Shown piece by piece: positions 1-8,481 of a stretch of 37,487 bases of DNA. Positions within the stretch are counted from its first letter, which is position 1; each line of letters begins with the position of its first letter. The position numbers and the translations under genes were made by a program. The notes beneath the pieces were generated by a model. The model was not told the DNA's origin, made no database searches, and saw only the letters and a list, made by a program, of their open reading frames with translations. This stretch comes from a virus (Duplodnaviria > Caudoviricetes): positions 1 to 37,487 of the IMG/VR virus record IMGVR_UViG_3300027612_000463; one strand, written 5' to 3'.

Positions 1-120
1 AACATCGCTATCACGCTTGATAACTCCTGATCCGTCAAGTGTAGTAACCGTGCCAATGTTAGCTGCCACTGCTGATGCAGTAGTCAGGAATACGCTTAGT
101 ACTACACAGAGCAATCGCAT
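1..120 (-). CDS. Secreted FecR-domain-like protein, 5' part (runs off window)
   Basis: ATG at 120, immediately after the curlin stop; MRLLCVVLSVFLTTASAVAANIGTVTTLDGSGVIKRDSDV = signal peptide followed by the 'IG.V....G...I.R' start typical of FecR-like domains. Confidence 0.55.
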   Translation of the reverse strand, partial: MRLLCVVLSVFLTTASAVAANIGTVTTLDGSGVIKRDSDV

Positions 121-121
121 A

Positions 122-874
122 TTAATCTCTCTGTGTAATGTCTATTGTACTGCCATTTGTAGTAGCATCTAACACAACTGTTGCATCGCCTGCACCACTT
201 TGATCTATTGTAACTACATTAGCTGCACCTGTTAGATCCAAATCTATCCAGTGTCCTGCTGTGCCACCATCAACATCAATATCAATAATGTTACCACCAT
301 TGGTAGTGCTCAGACTTGAGTCTGTTTCACTTGTAATTGCTCTTGTATCTGTTGGTAATGTGTTATTTACATCTACATCAATGACTGCGGCAATGCCGTC
401 GATATCAGCATCAACAACGTTATCGTCACCAGTAATAGTGAAGTTAACTGTTGCATCGCCTGCGTCACCTGCTTCACCGATATAAAACTTATAAGTGTTA
501 TCGTCACCTGTAGTTGTTATATTCAGCGTCACAGCCTCACAGTTACCTGCACCAGCTGTACCTGTGCTATCACATTTTAGATCTACTGTGTTGTAGTCTC
601 CTGTGAATGCCCATGTACCTGTATAGCTGTCACCATTGATAACTGCGGCAATATCGTTGCCGTCGCCTGTCTGTGTTATACTAAACGTCATTTGATCTCC
701 GTTTAGTGTTACTACCGTTGTTGAGTCTCCGAATTCGTTGCCCGAGCCGTCTTGAACAATATCTAAGTCTAGAGCATCACCTACTTGTGTGATATAGATA
801 TCATTCGCCAGAGCTGGAGCTAGAAACATTGCTGTTGCCGTCATCAACGATAATGTCAACATTTTTAATTTCAT
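122..874 (-). CDS. Curlin-like (CsgA/CsgB) amyloid repeat protein
   Basis: Start at 874 (MKLKML) with GGAGG RBS; signal peptide; repeated x-I-x-Q/T-x-G-x-x-N units (ITQVGD, IVQDGSGN, ITQTGDGN, TTTGDDN, TITGDDN); next to csgG/csgF. Confidence 0.75.
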   Translation of the reverse strand: MKLKMLTLSLMTATAMFLAPALANDIYITQVGDALDLDIVQDGSGNEFGDSTTVVTLNGDQMTFSITQTGDGNDIAAVINGDSYTGTWAFTGDYNTVDLKCDSTGTAGAGNCEAVTLNITTTGDDNTYKFYIGEAGDAGDATVNFTITGDDNVVDADIDGIAAVIDVDVNNTLPTDTRAITSETDSSLSTTNGGNIIDIDVDGGTAGHWIDLDLTGAANVVTIDQSGAGDATVVLDATTNGSTIDITQRD

Positions 875-1676
875 CTTGTTTACCCTCCTGGAACTTCCAA
901 AGTCCCTTGCGTTCACCCTCATGAACTAGTTCTACGATACCCTGTTCAACAGCCGCCCTCACAGCATAATTGACAGGCTCATTCACGCTAAATCCTGTTT
1001 CAGTCTCTAGCAATCTAGTTCCCATATCTAGGAACCTAAATACGTCCGCTCCGGACCTGTGGCTTGCAATGGTTTTCTCCGTTGCTATACTCAGTAACAC
1101 TTTGCCTGTGCTTACTGATACGATACGCATCACCACGGTTACGTTATCGATTCTATATTCGGTGCTTGCACCTATGCCCATCCAACTGGCTCCGACTCCT
1201 CCGACTGCTACATTGCTATCATATCCAACAATGCCGCCTTCGAGAATGAGCCCTGCAAAACGTAATGGTTTCAAAGGTACTGCATCCTTCCCTTCGTAGT
1301 TTTCACGTGTCTGTCTAATAAGTTGACGCTCTGCGATAAGATTGTCCATACCTACACGTTCTACTACTTCAAACCATTCTCCGTTGCCCACCTCTTGTAA
1401 GGCTTTGATAACCCAGGCTTCTGAGCCTTGTGTGACTGCGCTGCTTAAACTAGCAACCATGTCACTGGGTTTACGCTGTCCTGTTCTATCCATAAAACTG
1501 TAGACAGCTATTGTAATTTTGTCTCCATCTAATGCCGGTACATCTTCTAATCTCTGCTGTATCGGCGACTCTTGTACCACAGGCGACACTTCTGAATCTC
1601 TAAGCTTCTGCAAGCTCGGATTCATGGCGCAACCTCCCAAGAGTGATACTGCGATTATTAAAGATATAAGTTTCAT
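801..1676 (-). CDS. csgG: Curli secretion channel lipoprotein CsgG
   Basis: Lipobox LLGGC; motifs AVYSFMDRTGQRKP, SSAVTQG, WFEVVER, LILEGGIVGYDSN, NEPVNYAV. Confidence 0.93.
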   Translation of the reverse strand: MKLISLIIAVSLLGGCAMNPSLQKLRDSEVSPVVQESPIQQRLEDVPALDGDKITIAVYSFMDRTGQRKPSDMVASLSSAVTQGSEAWVIKALQEVGNGEWFEVVERVGMDNLIAERQLIRQTRENYEGKDAVPLKPLRFAGLILEGGIVGYDSNVAVGGVGASWMGIGASTEYRIDNVTVVMRIVSVSTGKVLLSIATEKTIASHRSGADVFRFLDMGTRLLETETGFSVNEPVNYAVRAAVEQGIVELVHEGERKGLWKFQEGKQDEIKNVDIIVDDGNSNVSSSSSGE

Positions 1677-2131
1677 TAGAAGCTAAAATCCCCTTCTGCT
1701 GGGATAGATATCTCTGTAACCGTCCCATCTTCACCGATAATAGTTAATGTAATCATACCATCTGCTTTGACCCAAGTAATCTCTGAGCCTTCTATGTTTG
1801 CAGTGCCTGTGTTAGAACAACTATCCGAACAATCAGCAAACATGTTGTCTACCATCTGCTTAGATAGCTGTGCATAGATACGTGATTCAACGTTTTTAAG
1901 AAACTTGTTTAGAGTCGTGTTTTCAAGTTCACGCTCAATACGTCTAGCTTCGGCTTCTGCCTTTGCTTCTATATCTGCTTTGCGATTGTGTTGTAATTGT
2001 TCAGTAGAAAGCACATGGCTTGAATAGCCCTGTCCGCTAAATCGTGGATTTTTAAAACCCCAAGTTAATTCGCTTGAATTTGCTGCCGTTGCAAATAAAA
2101 GCAAAAATAGTATTGCTGTCCCTCTATTCAT
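1676..2131 (-). CDS. csgF: Curli assembly protein CsgF
   Basis: Signal peptide then SELTWGFKNPRFSGQG (CsgF N-terminal F-x-N-P-x-F-x-G motif); coupled to csgG. Confidence 0.85.
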   Translation of the reverse strand: MNRGTAILFLLLFATAANSSELTWGFKNPRFSGQGYSSHVLSTEQLQHNRKADIEAKAEAEARRIERELENTTLNKFLKNVESRIYAQLSKQMVDNMFADCSDSCSNTGTANIEGSEITWVKADGMITLTIIGEDGTVTEISIPAEGDFSF

Positions 2132-2155
2132 GCAACTTCCCTCTTTATGTGTATG

Positions 2156-2163
2156 TATTTATA
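2156..2163 (-). promoter_or_regulatory. T4-type late promoter TATAAATA for the curli operon
   Basis: Exact TATAAATA 25 nt upstream of the csgF ATG, AGAGGGA RBS between. Confidence 0.7.
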
Positions 2164-2192
2164 GGAAGATGATGAAAATATTCTATGCTAAC

Positions 2193-3839
2193 TTAAATTT
2201 TAGCGTTAGGATCGTTAGTTTGTTTAGTTTGATCTACTGGTGCAGGCTCTGCTGCTACTTGAGGTTCTGATGTTTGTGCCTTTTGTGCCGCTTCATCTGC
2301 ATCTAATTTTTCAATATTAGCAAGATCTTTAAGCAAAGGACCCATTTCTACTAGATTGCGAATAGTTCCGCCTGACTTTCTAGAACTTAAATCTACTAGT
2401 ACAGACTTAGATGGAATATTAACTGTGTTATCTTTACCTAGCGTATTAATAGCTTCTTCAGTCTTTAAATTACCTACAATACTAATACGATGTGTCGACA
2501 ACCCGGGTTGATTTACTACCTGTAGATCGTATAGTTCTAACGCACTAAGTAGTCTAGCATCAAATGCTAATTCTTTATATGCAACTTTGGCACTAGGTGA
2601 TAAAATTACCATTGTCACACCTTCTTCGCCGCGTGTTGCATGAAAATTAATTGCATCATATACATTCTTAACAAGATTATATTCTTGCTGGACGTTATCG
2701 TCCTTAGTGTATACCATTGCTTGTTTTGCCATTTCAGCGTACAGTTTAGCAAACGGACCTTCTGAATAGTTATAATCTAAATATTCTTTATCTTTAGGAC
2801 TTTGTTTATCTTTAAATCCAAATTTATCTTTCATTGAATCTGGTAATCTAAACTTTAGCGCACTTTCAAAGAAATCAGACACTTGATCCCAGCCGCCGCC
2901 TGTGCCTTGTCCGAACTGCTTAACTGTGCCTGCTTTTAAACTTAGCAATCTAGTAGTCTGTCCATCGTATGCAATTTTCAAATCAACTTTAGTTACACTC
3001 TGCTGTGTTGCGTCGCCGCCATCTGACATAACTTCTACAGTGTTTTGTTTAGGATCAGCTTTGGCTTTTTCTACTGCGGTAATAGCACGTTTGTTGCTAT
3101 TTGCATATTGTGTTGCATCACTAATTTGTTTCTGCAAACCTTTAATAGTTTTAGCATCTACACCTTTTCTAACAATAGCGAATTTTTTTGGATCTGCTAA
3201 TGGATCTTCTTCTTCAATCCACAGTCTTAACGATTTCATCGACTGTACATTAAGAGTTAACATAAACTTAAAGTTGTCATCTTCAACACCAGCGGTTTGA
3301 TAATCTGTTTTACCACTTATGTCACCCTGAGCAACGACAGTCTTAAGGATTGCTACTACGTCACTAGATTTAACATCTCTGCCTCCGTTGCGGAATTTAG
3401 CAGTAATTGCTGCACCAAGAATAGCTTCAGCTGCATCGCCTTTGTTAATAGACATGCCGCCCATTACTGCTTCTGTCTTCCACATTTTACTCACTGGATA
3501 CATATCGCCGTCAACTTCAAACTCTGTTTTTGCGGCTGCATCTTTATTATCAGTGTTTCCTGCAAAAATTTCCCAGTCATCTACAGACATTTCTTTTCCA
3601 TCAACATATATCTTGTCAATAACACCAAAAGTAGCTTCCTTAGATGCTTTGGCTTTTCCTATTGGAATAAATGCAAAAGGCTTACCGGCTCTAATGCTTT
3701 TAGATATAGCAGTAATGTACTTTGTTTCACCACGCGGATAAAGATTTGCTCCGCTCATAGTATTACTAGGTGCTGCGAAGTCTTCGTCTTCTTTGATAAT
3801 TTTTCTTGATTCTACTATTCTAAAGTCACTAAAGCGCAT
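2193..3839 (-). CDS. Hypothetical protein, probable PD-(D/E)XK nuclease-fold, with capsid-leader-like N-terminus
   Basis: NKGDAAE ... TKVDLKI ... LSLKAG pattern resembles a restriction-endonuclease-like core; starts MRFSDFRIVES; GATAAATA at 3865-3872. Confidence 0.5.
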   Translation of the reverse strand: MRFSDFRIVESRKIIKEDEDFAAPSNTMSGANLYPRGETKYITAISKSIRAGKPFAFIPIGKAKASKEATFGVIDKIYVDGKEMSVDDWEIFAGNTDNKDAAAKTEFEVDGDMYPVSKMWKTEAVMGGMSINKGDAAEAILGAAITAKFRNGGRDVKSSDVVAILKTVVAQGDISGKTDYQTAGVEDDNFKFMLTLNVQSMKSLRLWIEEEDPLADPKKFAIVRKGVDAKTIKGLQKQISDATQYANSNKRAITAVEKAKADPKQNTVEVMSDGGDATQQSVTKVDLKIAYDGQTTRLLSLKAGTVKQFGQGTGGGWDQVSDFFESALKFRLPDSMKDKFGFKDKQSPKDKEYLDYNYSEGPFAKLYAEMAKQAMVYTKDDNVQQEYNLVKNVYDAINFHATRGEEGVTMVILSPSAKVAYKELAFDARLLSALELYDLQVVNQPGLSTHRISIVGNLKTEEAINTLGKDNTVNIPSKSVLVDLSSRKSGGTIRNLVEMGPLLKDLANIEKLDADEAAQKAQTSEPQVAAEPAPVDQTKQTNDPNAKI

Positions 3840-3859
3840 TGGGTAATTCCTAATTTATT

Positions 3860-4549
3860 TTAAGTATTTATCTTAGGAAACAACATATCGGTACAGAACT
3901 TATCAACGTCTGCTTCGTCAAGACCTAGGCTTTTCATTGTGCGAGGTGTATGTGGATTCTGTTGCTGGTTGTGACAGTAATAGTTTTGACATGCTGTTAC
4001 AATGTCACTGCTATACTCGCCAGTAAATTCTCCGATTTCATCAAAGTATGCACGAAGATTATCCTGTGCAAGTTCAATAATAGCAACAGCTTCTTCTTCT
4101 GTGCTTACATTGCCTGCTGCAAGCATCTTATCTGAGAAAATATTAGTTGCCCATTCTGGTAGCTGTCGTTGCTTGGTTGGAATAAAATCTGCTACAGCTT
4201 CTTTATATCCTGCGATCATAGGGTTGTCTATATCAGCACTTGCACTAAAGTCATGGAACGCACCTGTCATTTTGTTCTTGCCGGCAATAACATCAAAACC
4301 GTATATAGGGCCTCCGTTTGTTAATACAGGAAACACGCATACGTGCATCATCCACAGGCCTTTGGTGTCACGAGCATCTACAACATCAATGTGAGCCCGC
4401 CTAACATCATCATTGTGCCAAACGCGATTAACCCACAAATCGTTATTAAAATGGGCAAGACCTGGTTCTTCATATTCTGTAGCATTTGCATCAAATATGT
4501 TGATAATTTCATCTTTACACTCTATTAATCTATCCCAAATAACACTCAC
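3860..4549 (-). CDS. pcyX: Ferredoxin-dependent bilin reductase, PcyX/PcyA-like
   Basis: RRAHIDVVD, MMHVCVFP, PIYGFDVIAG, GAFHDFS, RQLPEWA.IFS, YC..QQQNPHT motifs of the FDBR family; directly downstream of heme oxygenase. Confidence 0.85.
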   Translation of the reverse strand: MSVIWDRLIECKDEIINIFDANATEYEEPGLAHFNNDLWVNRVWHNDDVRRAHIDVVDARDTKGLWMMHVCVFPVLTNGGPIYGFDVIAGKNKMTGAFHDFSASADIDNPMIAGYKEAVADFIPTKQRQLPEWATNIFSDKMLAAGNVSTEEEAVAIIELAQDNLRAYFDEIGEFTGEYSSDIVTACQNYYCHNQQQNPHTPRTMKSLGLDEADVDKFCTDMLFPKINT

Positions 4550-4551
4550 GA

Positions 4552-5103
4552 TTAGTTAGCCTCTCCAAGTTGTTGAAACATTTTAGTTGCAAAGTCAAAA
4601 CATAGTTTTGCTTCATCTGCCATACTGTCGTCTAGTTTAGCACGTACTATATCTTTAAGTTCATCGTGACCTCGGTCGAACTTATACATACGTCCTTTGC
4701 CAGGAACACGCTTTGCAATCATTTGTCCGCCACTTAGATCGCCCATATGTCTTACGTAGATATGTGCCATAAGTTTATCAGCATCGTCTTTGATGCTTAA
4801 CAAATAATCCATATATTCTTTTACTACAGGCATTAGCGGAGGTTGATTAGGATTTGCCTTCCCCCATAATTCTTGATAGTCTTGATGTATTGCAGGAGCT
4901 CTACGAAGTTCAGGCATATCGTCAAACAATCCCTGCATCATGCCAAACATTTCTAACATGTTATATTGCGGATGCTGATTAAAAAGATAACATGCATATC
5001 GTTCCTTAGATATCTGCGGCTCCTTAGCAAACATTTCTTTAACAAATGATTGTCGCTCTGCGTTTTTATGGTGTTCCCATGTTAGCTCTTTAAGATTGCT
5101 CAT
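4552..5103 (-). CDS. hemO: Heme oxygenase
   Basis: LKELTWEHHKNAE (proximal His) and AHIYVRHMGDLSGGQMI signature. Confidence 0.93.
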   Translation of the reverse strand: MSNLKELTWEHHKNAERQSFVKEMFAKEPQISKERYACYLFNQHPQYNMLEMFGMMQGLFDDMPELRRAPAIHQDYQELWGKANPNQPPLMPVVKEYMDYLLSIKDDADKLMAHIYVRHMGDLSGGQMIAKRVPGKGRMYKFDRGHDELKDIVRAKLDDSMADEAKLCFDFATKMFQQLGEAN

Positions 5104-5409
5104 TTATTCTTCTTCTACCTTTACTTGCAATGGAAACCCGTGATTACGACTTGCGTTAACTGCCTCGGTACCTTTTTGCTCTGCTATCTCGTACTTATAA
5201 GTACCTACTACAGCAGAACCATCGTTATGAATTTTCATTGTAAGTGCTTCGGCGTCAGCATCGCTATGTCTAAATATTTCTTTAAGTACACCTATAACCC
5301 ATTCTACCGGAGTTGCATCGTCATTTAGCATAATCACGTTATAATTATTAGGTTCTTTAACTGTTTGTTTAATTTTTTCATCAATTATTACGTCAATATC
5401 GGTACTCAT
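5104..5409 (-). CDS. clpS: ATP-dependent Clp protease adaptor ClpS
   Basis: YNVIMLNDDATPVEWV, IHNDGSAVVG, EIAEQK, GFPL; start 5409 with AAGGA RBS. Confidence 0.93.
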   Translation of the reverse strand: MSTDIDVIIDEKIKQTVKEPNNYNVIMLNDDATPVEWVIGVLKEIFRHSDADAEALTMKIHNDGSAVVGTYKYEIAEQKGTEAVNASRNHGFPLQVKVEEE

Positions 5410-5459
5410 TTTATTTTCCTTATTAAATTGGGGGAGATATTTCACTCCCCCTAGACTGC

Positions 5460-5945
5460 TTACTTGCCTATTTTGCCGTCGAACTCGCCTTCGATTGCTT
5501 CTTGCACATGACCATTGTAGTCTGTGATAGCAATTTTCTTAGGCTGTAGTTCTTCTGGTACTTCACGCATAAGGTGAATGTTCAGCATACCATGTTCAAG
5601 GCCTGCACTTTCAACTTCAACGTGGTCTGCAAGTGTAAACTCTCTACGGAAATTGCGTTCGCCAATTCCTTTGTGCAAATAGTTTACGTTTTCTCCGCCT
5701 TTGGGAGTTGTACCTTCGATTCGCAGAATTTTTCCATCCTTGGTAATGTCCAAGTTGTCCATACTGAATCCAGCAACAGCAAGAGTAATCATATACTCGT
5801 CGTCGTTAATCTGTACAATGTTATATGGTGGGTAACCTTGTGATTGACTGTTAGCAAAACGTCCTTCCATTTCGTTAAACAGTCTCTCAAAGCCGATAGT
5901 AGCTCTTTGTAGTGTAGGTAGGTCTAGAGTTGTTAGTCTTGTCAT
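5460..5945 (-). CDS. Small heat-shock protein (Hsp20/IbpA family)
   Basis: YPPYNI, LAVAGF, YLHKGIGERNFRREFTLA, GMLNIHL, PKKIAI. Confidence 0.95.
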   Translation of the reverse strand: MTRLTTLDLPTLQRATIGFERLFNEMEGRFANSQSQGYPPYNIVQINDDEYMITLAVAGFSMDNLDITKDGKILRIEGTTPKGGENVNYLHKGIGERNFRREFTLADHVEVESAGLEHGMLNIHLMREVPEELQPKKIAITDYNGHVQEAIEGEFDGKIGK

Positions 5946-6023
5946 TTTATTTCTCCTTTATTAAGCAAGATTAATTTTAGGATCCTTTCGGCATCCCAGT
6001 ACACTATAACTCTTATAATGTAC
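5946..6023 (-). promoter_or_regulatory. ROSE-like RNA thermometer in the hsp20 5' UTR
   Basis: Three hairpins; the last is UCUUGCUU-aaua-AAGGAGA, pairing the SD with the ROSE U(U/C)GCU motif and a bulged G. Confidence 0.7.
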
Positions 6024-6028
6024 ACATA

Positions 6029-6059
6029 TATTTATACAATCTTTTCAATGATTTGTCAA
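6029..6059 (-). promoter_or_regulatory. Overlapping sigma70-type (TTGACA-17-TATAAA) and late (TATAAATA) promoter for hsp20-clpS-hemO-pcyX
   Basis: TTGACA 6059-6054; TATAAATA 6036-6029. Confidence 0.65.
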
Positions 6060-6073
6060 GATTGAATAAAAAA

Positions 6074-7234
6074 TTATTTACCAATTGTTGCACTTTCATA
6101 CACACTATTATGTGTTTGCGTACAACGAACAAAAGTCGTACATTTGCTAAGTTGTTTAAGTTTCTTAGCGCCTGCATATGTGCAGGTACTACGCACACCT
6201 CCTAGAATGTCCTGTACCGTTTTGGCTACAGCACCTCTATAAGGCACAAGCACTGTGCGTCCTTCTGACGAACGATAATCTTTCAATCCGCCAAAATGCT
6301 TTTCGTTTGCACTTTCACTACTCATACCGTAGAACTGTATAAACTGTCTTTGTTCAAAGTGTGGCACATAAGTACCGTGATTCACATTTTTTCTTGTGTA
6401 TTCATTAGTTGCATAGTGCTTTGTAATTACTTCACCGCCGCCTTCATCGTGCCCGGCAAGCATACCACCCAGCATTACAAAGTCTGCGCCGGCAGCAAAG
6501 GCCTTTGCTACATCACCTGGACAAGTGCAACCGCCATCAGCAATGATATGCCCGCCCAAACCATGAGCCGCATCTGCACACTCGATAACGGCCGAGAGTT
6601 GTGGATATCCGACTCCAGTTTGAATGCGAGTAGTACATACAGACCCAGGGCCAATACCAACTTTAACAATATCTGCTCCAGCAAGAATCAATTCCTCCGT
6701 CATTTCTCTTGTTACTACATTACCAGCAATGATTACTAGATGTGGAAACTGTTTGCGCACACGGCGCACTGCATCGGCAAAGTGTTCACTGTAGCCATTT
6801 GCAATATCCATACACACATATTTTAAGTTGTCTTCGCACTTTTCATATACGTTGACTAGTTTATAATAATCGTGATCACTTGTGCCAATACTCATCGCAA
6901 CATTATCTGTACGCTCTTTAATACCTGCATTAGAGTCTGCATTAAAGTATTCTACAAGTTCATCTACTGAGTAAGTTTTAACCAAGCAAGTAAAGATATT
7001 GCCTTCTGCTAGTTTGTCAGCCATTTCAAACGTGCCGACGCCATCCATGTTAGCAGCCATAATAGGGATGCCACGGTAGTGTTCGTCTTCTATGTTGTCT
7101 GGAAAGTCTGGCTCGTAGTTACGAAATGTAAACCTGCGCTCTAGGCTTACTTCACTACGACTTTTAAGTGTACTTCGCTTAGGGCGAATTAGTACATCCT
7201 TGTAGTCTAGTTTGACATCTTGGTCAATTCTCAT
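6074..7234 (-). CDS. guaC: GMP reductase
   Basis: [51 protein letters not shown]. Confidence 0.96.
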   Translation of the reverse strand: MRIDQDVKLDYKDVLIRPKRSTLKSRSEVSLERRFTFRNYEPDFPDNIEDEHYRGIPIMAANMDGVGTFEMADKLAEGNIFTCLVKTYSVDELVEYFNADSNAGIKERTDNVAMSIGTSDHDYYKLVNVYEKCEDNLKYVCMDIANGYSEHFADAVRRVRKQFPHLVIIAGNVVTREMTEELILAGADIVKVGIGPGSVCTTRIQTGVGYPQLSAVIECADAAHGLGGHIIADGGCTCPGDVAKAFAAGADFVMLGGMLAGHDEGGGEVITKHYATNEYTRKNVNHGTYVPHFEQRQFIQFYGMSSESANEKHFGGLKDYRSSEGRTVLVPYRGAVAKTVQDILGGVRSTCTYAGAKKLKQLSKCTTFVRCTQTHNSVYESATIGK

Positions 7235-7809
7235 TTTTTCTCACCGTAGTTGAAAGATATACTAATTCTATCTTTGTTTGACTTATTGCCTTGTACACTA
7301 TGCTTTAACCATCCTGGAAAGATATATAATGCACCAGTTTTACAAGCATATGTTGCTCTAGTACTAGTATAGTATGTTTCTTTTGCTATGTCAAGAGGTA
7401 TATGATATTCAGCACCGTCGTTGCGTTCGAACTGTATGTTGCCTTGATCTTTATCAGCATCAACATAATAAACACCGCTTAGTACACTACCTACATGATT
7501 ATGCAGATGATTGTACGCACCTGGCGGATTAATATTCACCCATATATTATATAACTCTAGGTCTTTTAATCCTACTTGAGCTGTGCAATTACTTACTTCG
7601 GTATTTAAATGCTGGATAAGTTTGTCAATTTCGGCACATTCAGAAGGTAATATATCGTTACTTTGATATCCACTGTAGTTGCTAACTGTTCGACCTTTGT
7701 CAGATTTTTGTTTTTCATAGGCCCAGCGTTTTACTTCGTTGTTATTGACCATATGAATCATAGCACTCCATACTACTGTAGGGAACCAGAGTTCGGTATG
7801 CATAGCCAT
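7231..7809 (-). CDS. Putative 2OG-Fe(II) oxygenase
   Basis: [33 protein letters not shown]. Confidence 0.85.
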   Translation of the reverse strand: MAMHTELWFPTVVWSAMIHMVNNNEVKRWAYEKQKSDKGRTVSNYSGYQSNDILPSECAEIDKLIQHLNTEVSNCTAQVGLKDLELYNIWVNINPPGAYNHLHNHVGSVLSGVYYVDADKDQGNIQFERNDGAEYHIPLDIAKETYYTSTRATYACKTGALYIFPGWLKHSVQGNKSNKDRISISFNYGEKK

Positions 7810-7819
7810 ACTCTATCCC

Positions 7820-8092
7820 TTAGCGTTTAGATTTATTATGGTTTGAAGGAAGACCTTCGTTTTCCTTAGCTAGTTTTTTTAACCAACGTGCTCGACCTGC
7901 TTTCTTAGCCTTTGCACGTTTAATGCTGGGCTTTTCAAAAAACTCTCGCTGACGTAACTCTTGAAGGATTCCGTCTTCTGCGATTTTCTTTTTAAATTTA
8001 CGTAGTGCAAAATTTACATCGCCGTTACGTACTTCTACACTTAGACCACGTTTGGTATGATCAGTGCTGCCTTTATTATGTCTCAACGTCAT
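7820..8092 (-). CDS. rpsU: Ribosomal protein bS21
   Basis: ALRKFKKK...GILQELRQREFFEKPS.KR. Confidence 0.92.
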   Translation of the reverse strand: MTLRHNKGSTDHTKRGLSVEVRNGDVNFALRKFKKKIAEDGILQELRQREFFEKPSIKRAKAKKAGRARWLKKLAKENEGLPSNHNKSKR

Positions 8093-8474
8093 TATCTCCT
8101 ATTTTAGACAAAAAATCTAAGTTGTAAACTTTATTATTACTTAAATTATTATATACTGAATCTTGGCTGTTTGTCAACCAATATGTTTTGGTTTTTGCTA
8201 TCATATAGCTTGCAAGGTCTCTAGCCCAAGGTGATGCATTATCTACATCGACAATTGCTGTATCACATTGTTTAAATACATTCAACAACCACTCTACTTC
8301 TTTTTTATCATATACTGGTTTATCATAGACGTAGATGTTAACATCTACACCAGTGTTTGTTAAAAATTTATTTTGGAGTTCGTCTTGTACCTGCTTACTA
8401 GGATACACTAACAACAATTGAAGACAGTCGTTGAATAACATATCCGGCGGAGTTACTATGTTAATTTTCTTCAA
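8076..8474 (-). CDS. Hypothetical protein
   Basis: Tiles between neighbouring genes; no motif recognised. Confidence 0.7.
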   Translation of the reverse strand: MKKINIVTPPDMLFNDCLQLLLVYPSKQVQDELQNKFLTNTGVDVNIYVYDKPVYDKKEVEWLLNVFKQCDTAIVDVDNASPWARDLASYMIAKTKTYWLTNSQDSVYNNLSNNKVYNLDFLSKIGDNDVET

Positions 8475-8481
8475 TTAAAAC

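Noticed and set aside
801-874. 74-nt overlap between csgG and the curlin gene
   Set aside because: Looks like a simple low-complexity C-terminal run-on of CsgG over the next start
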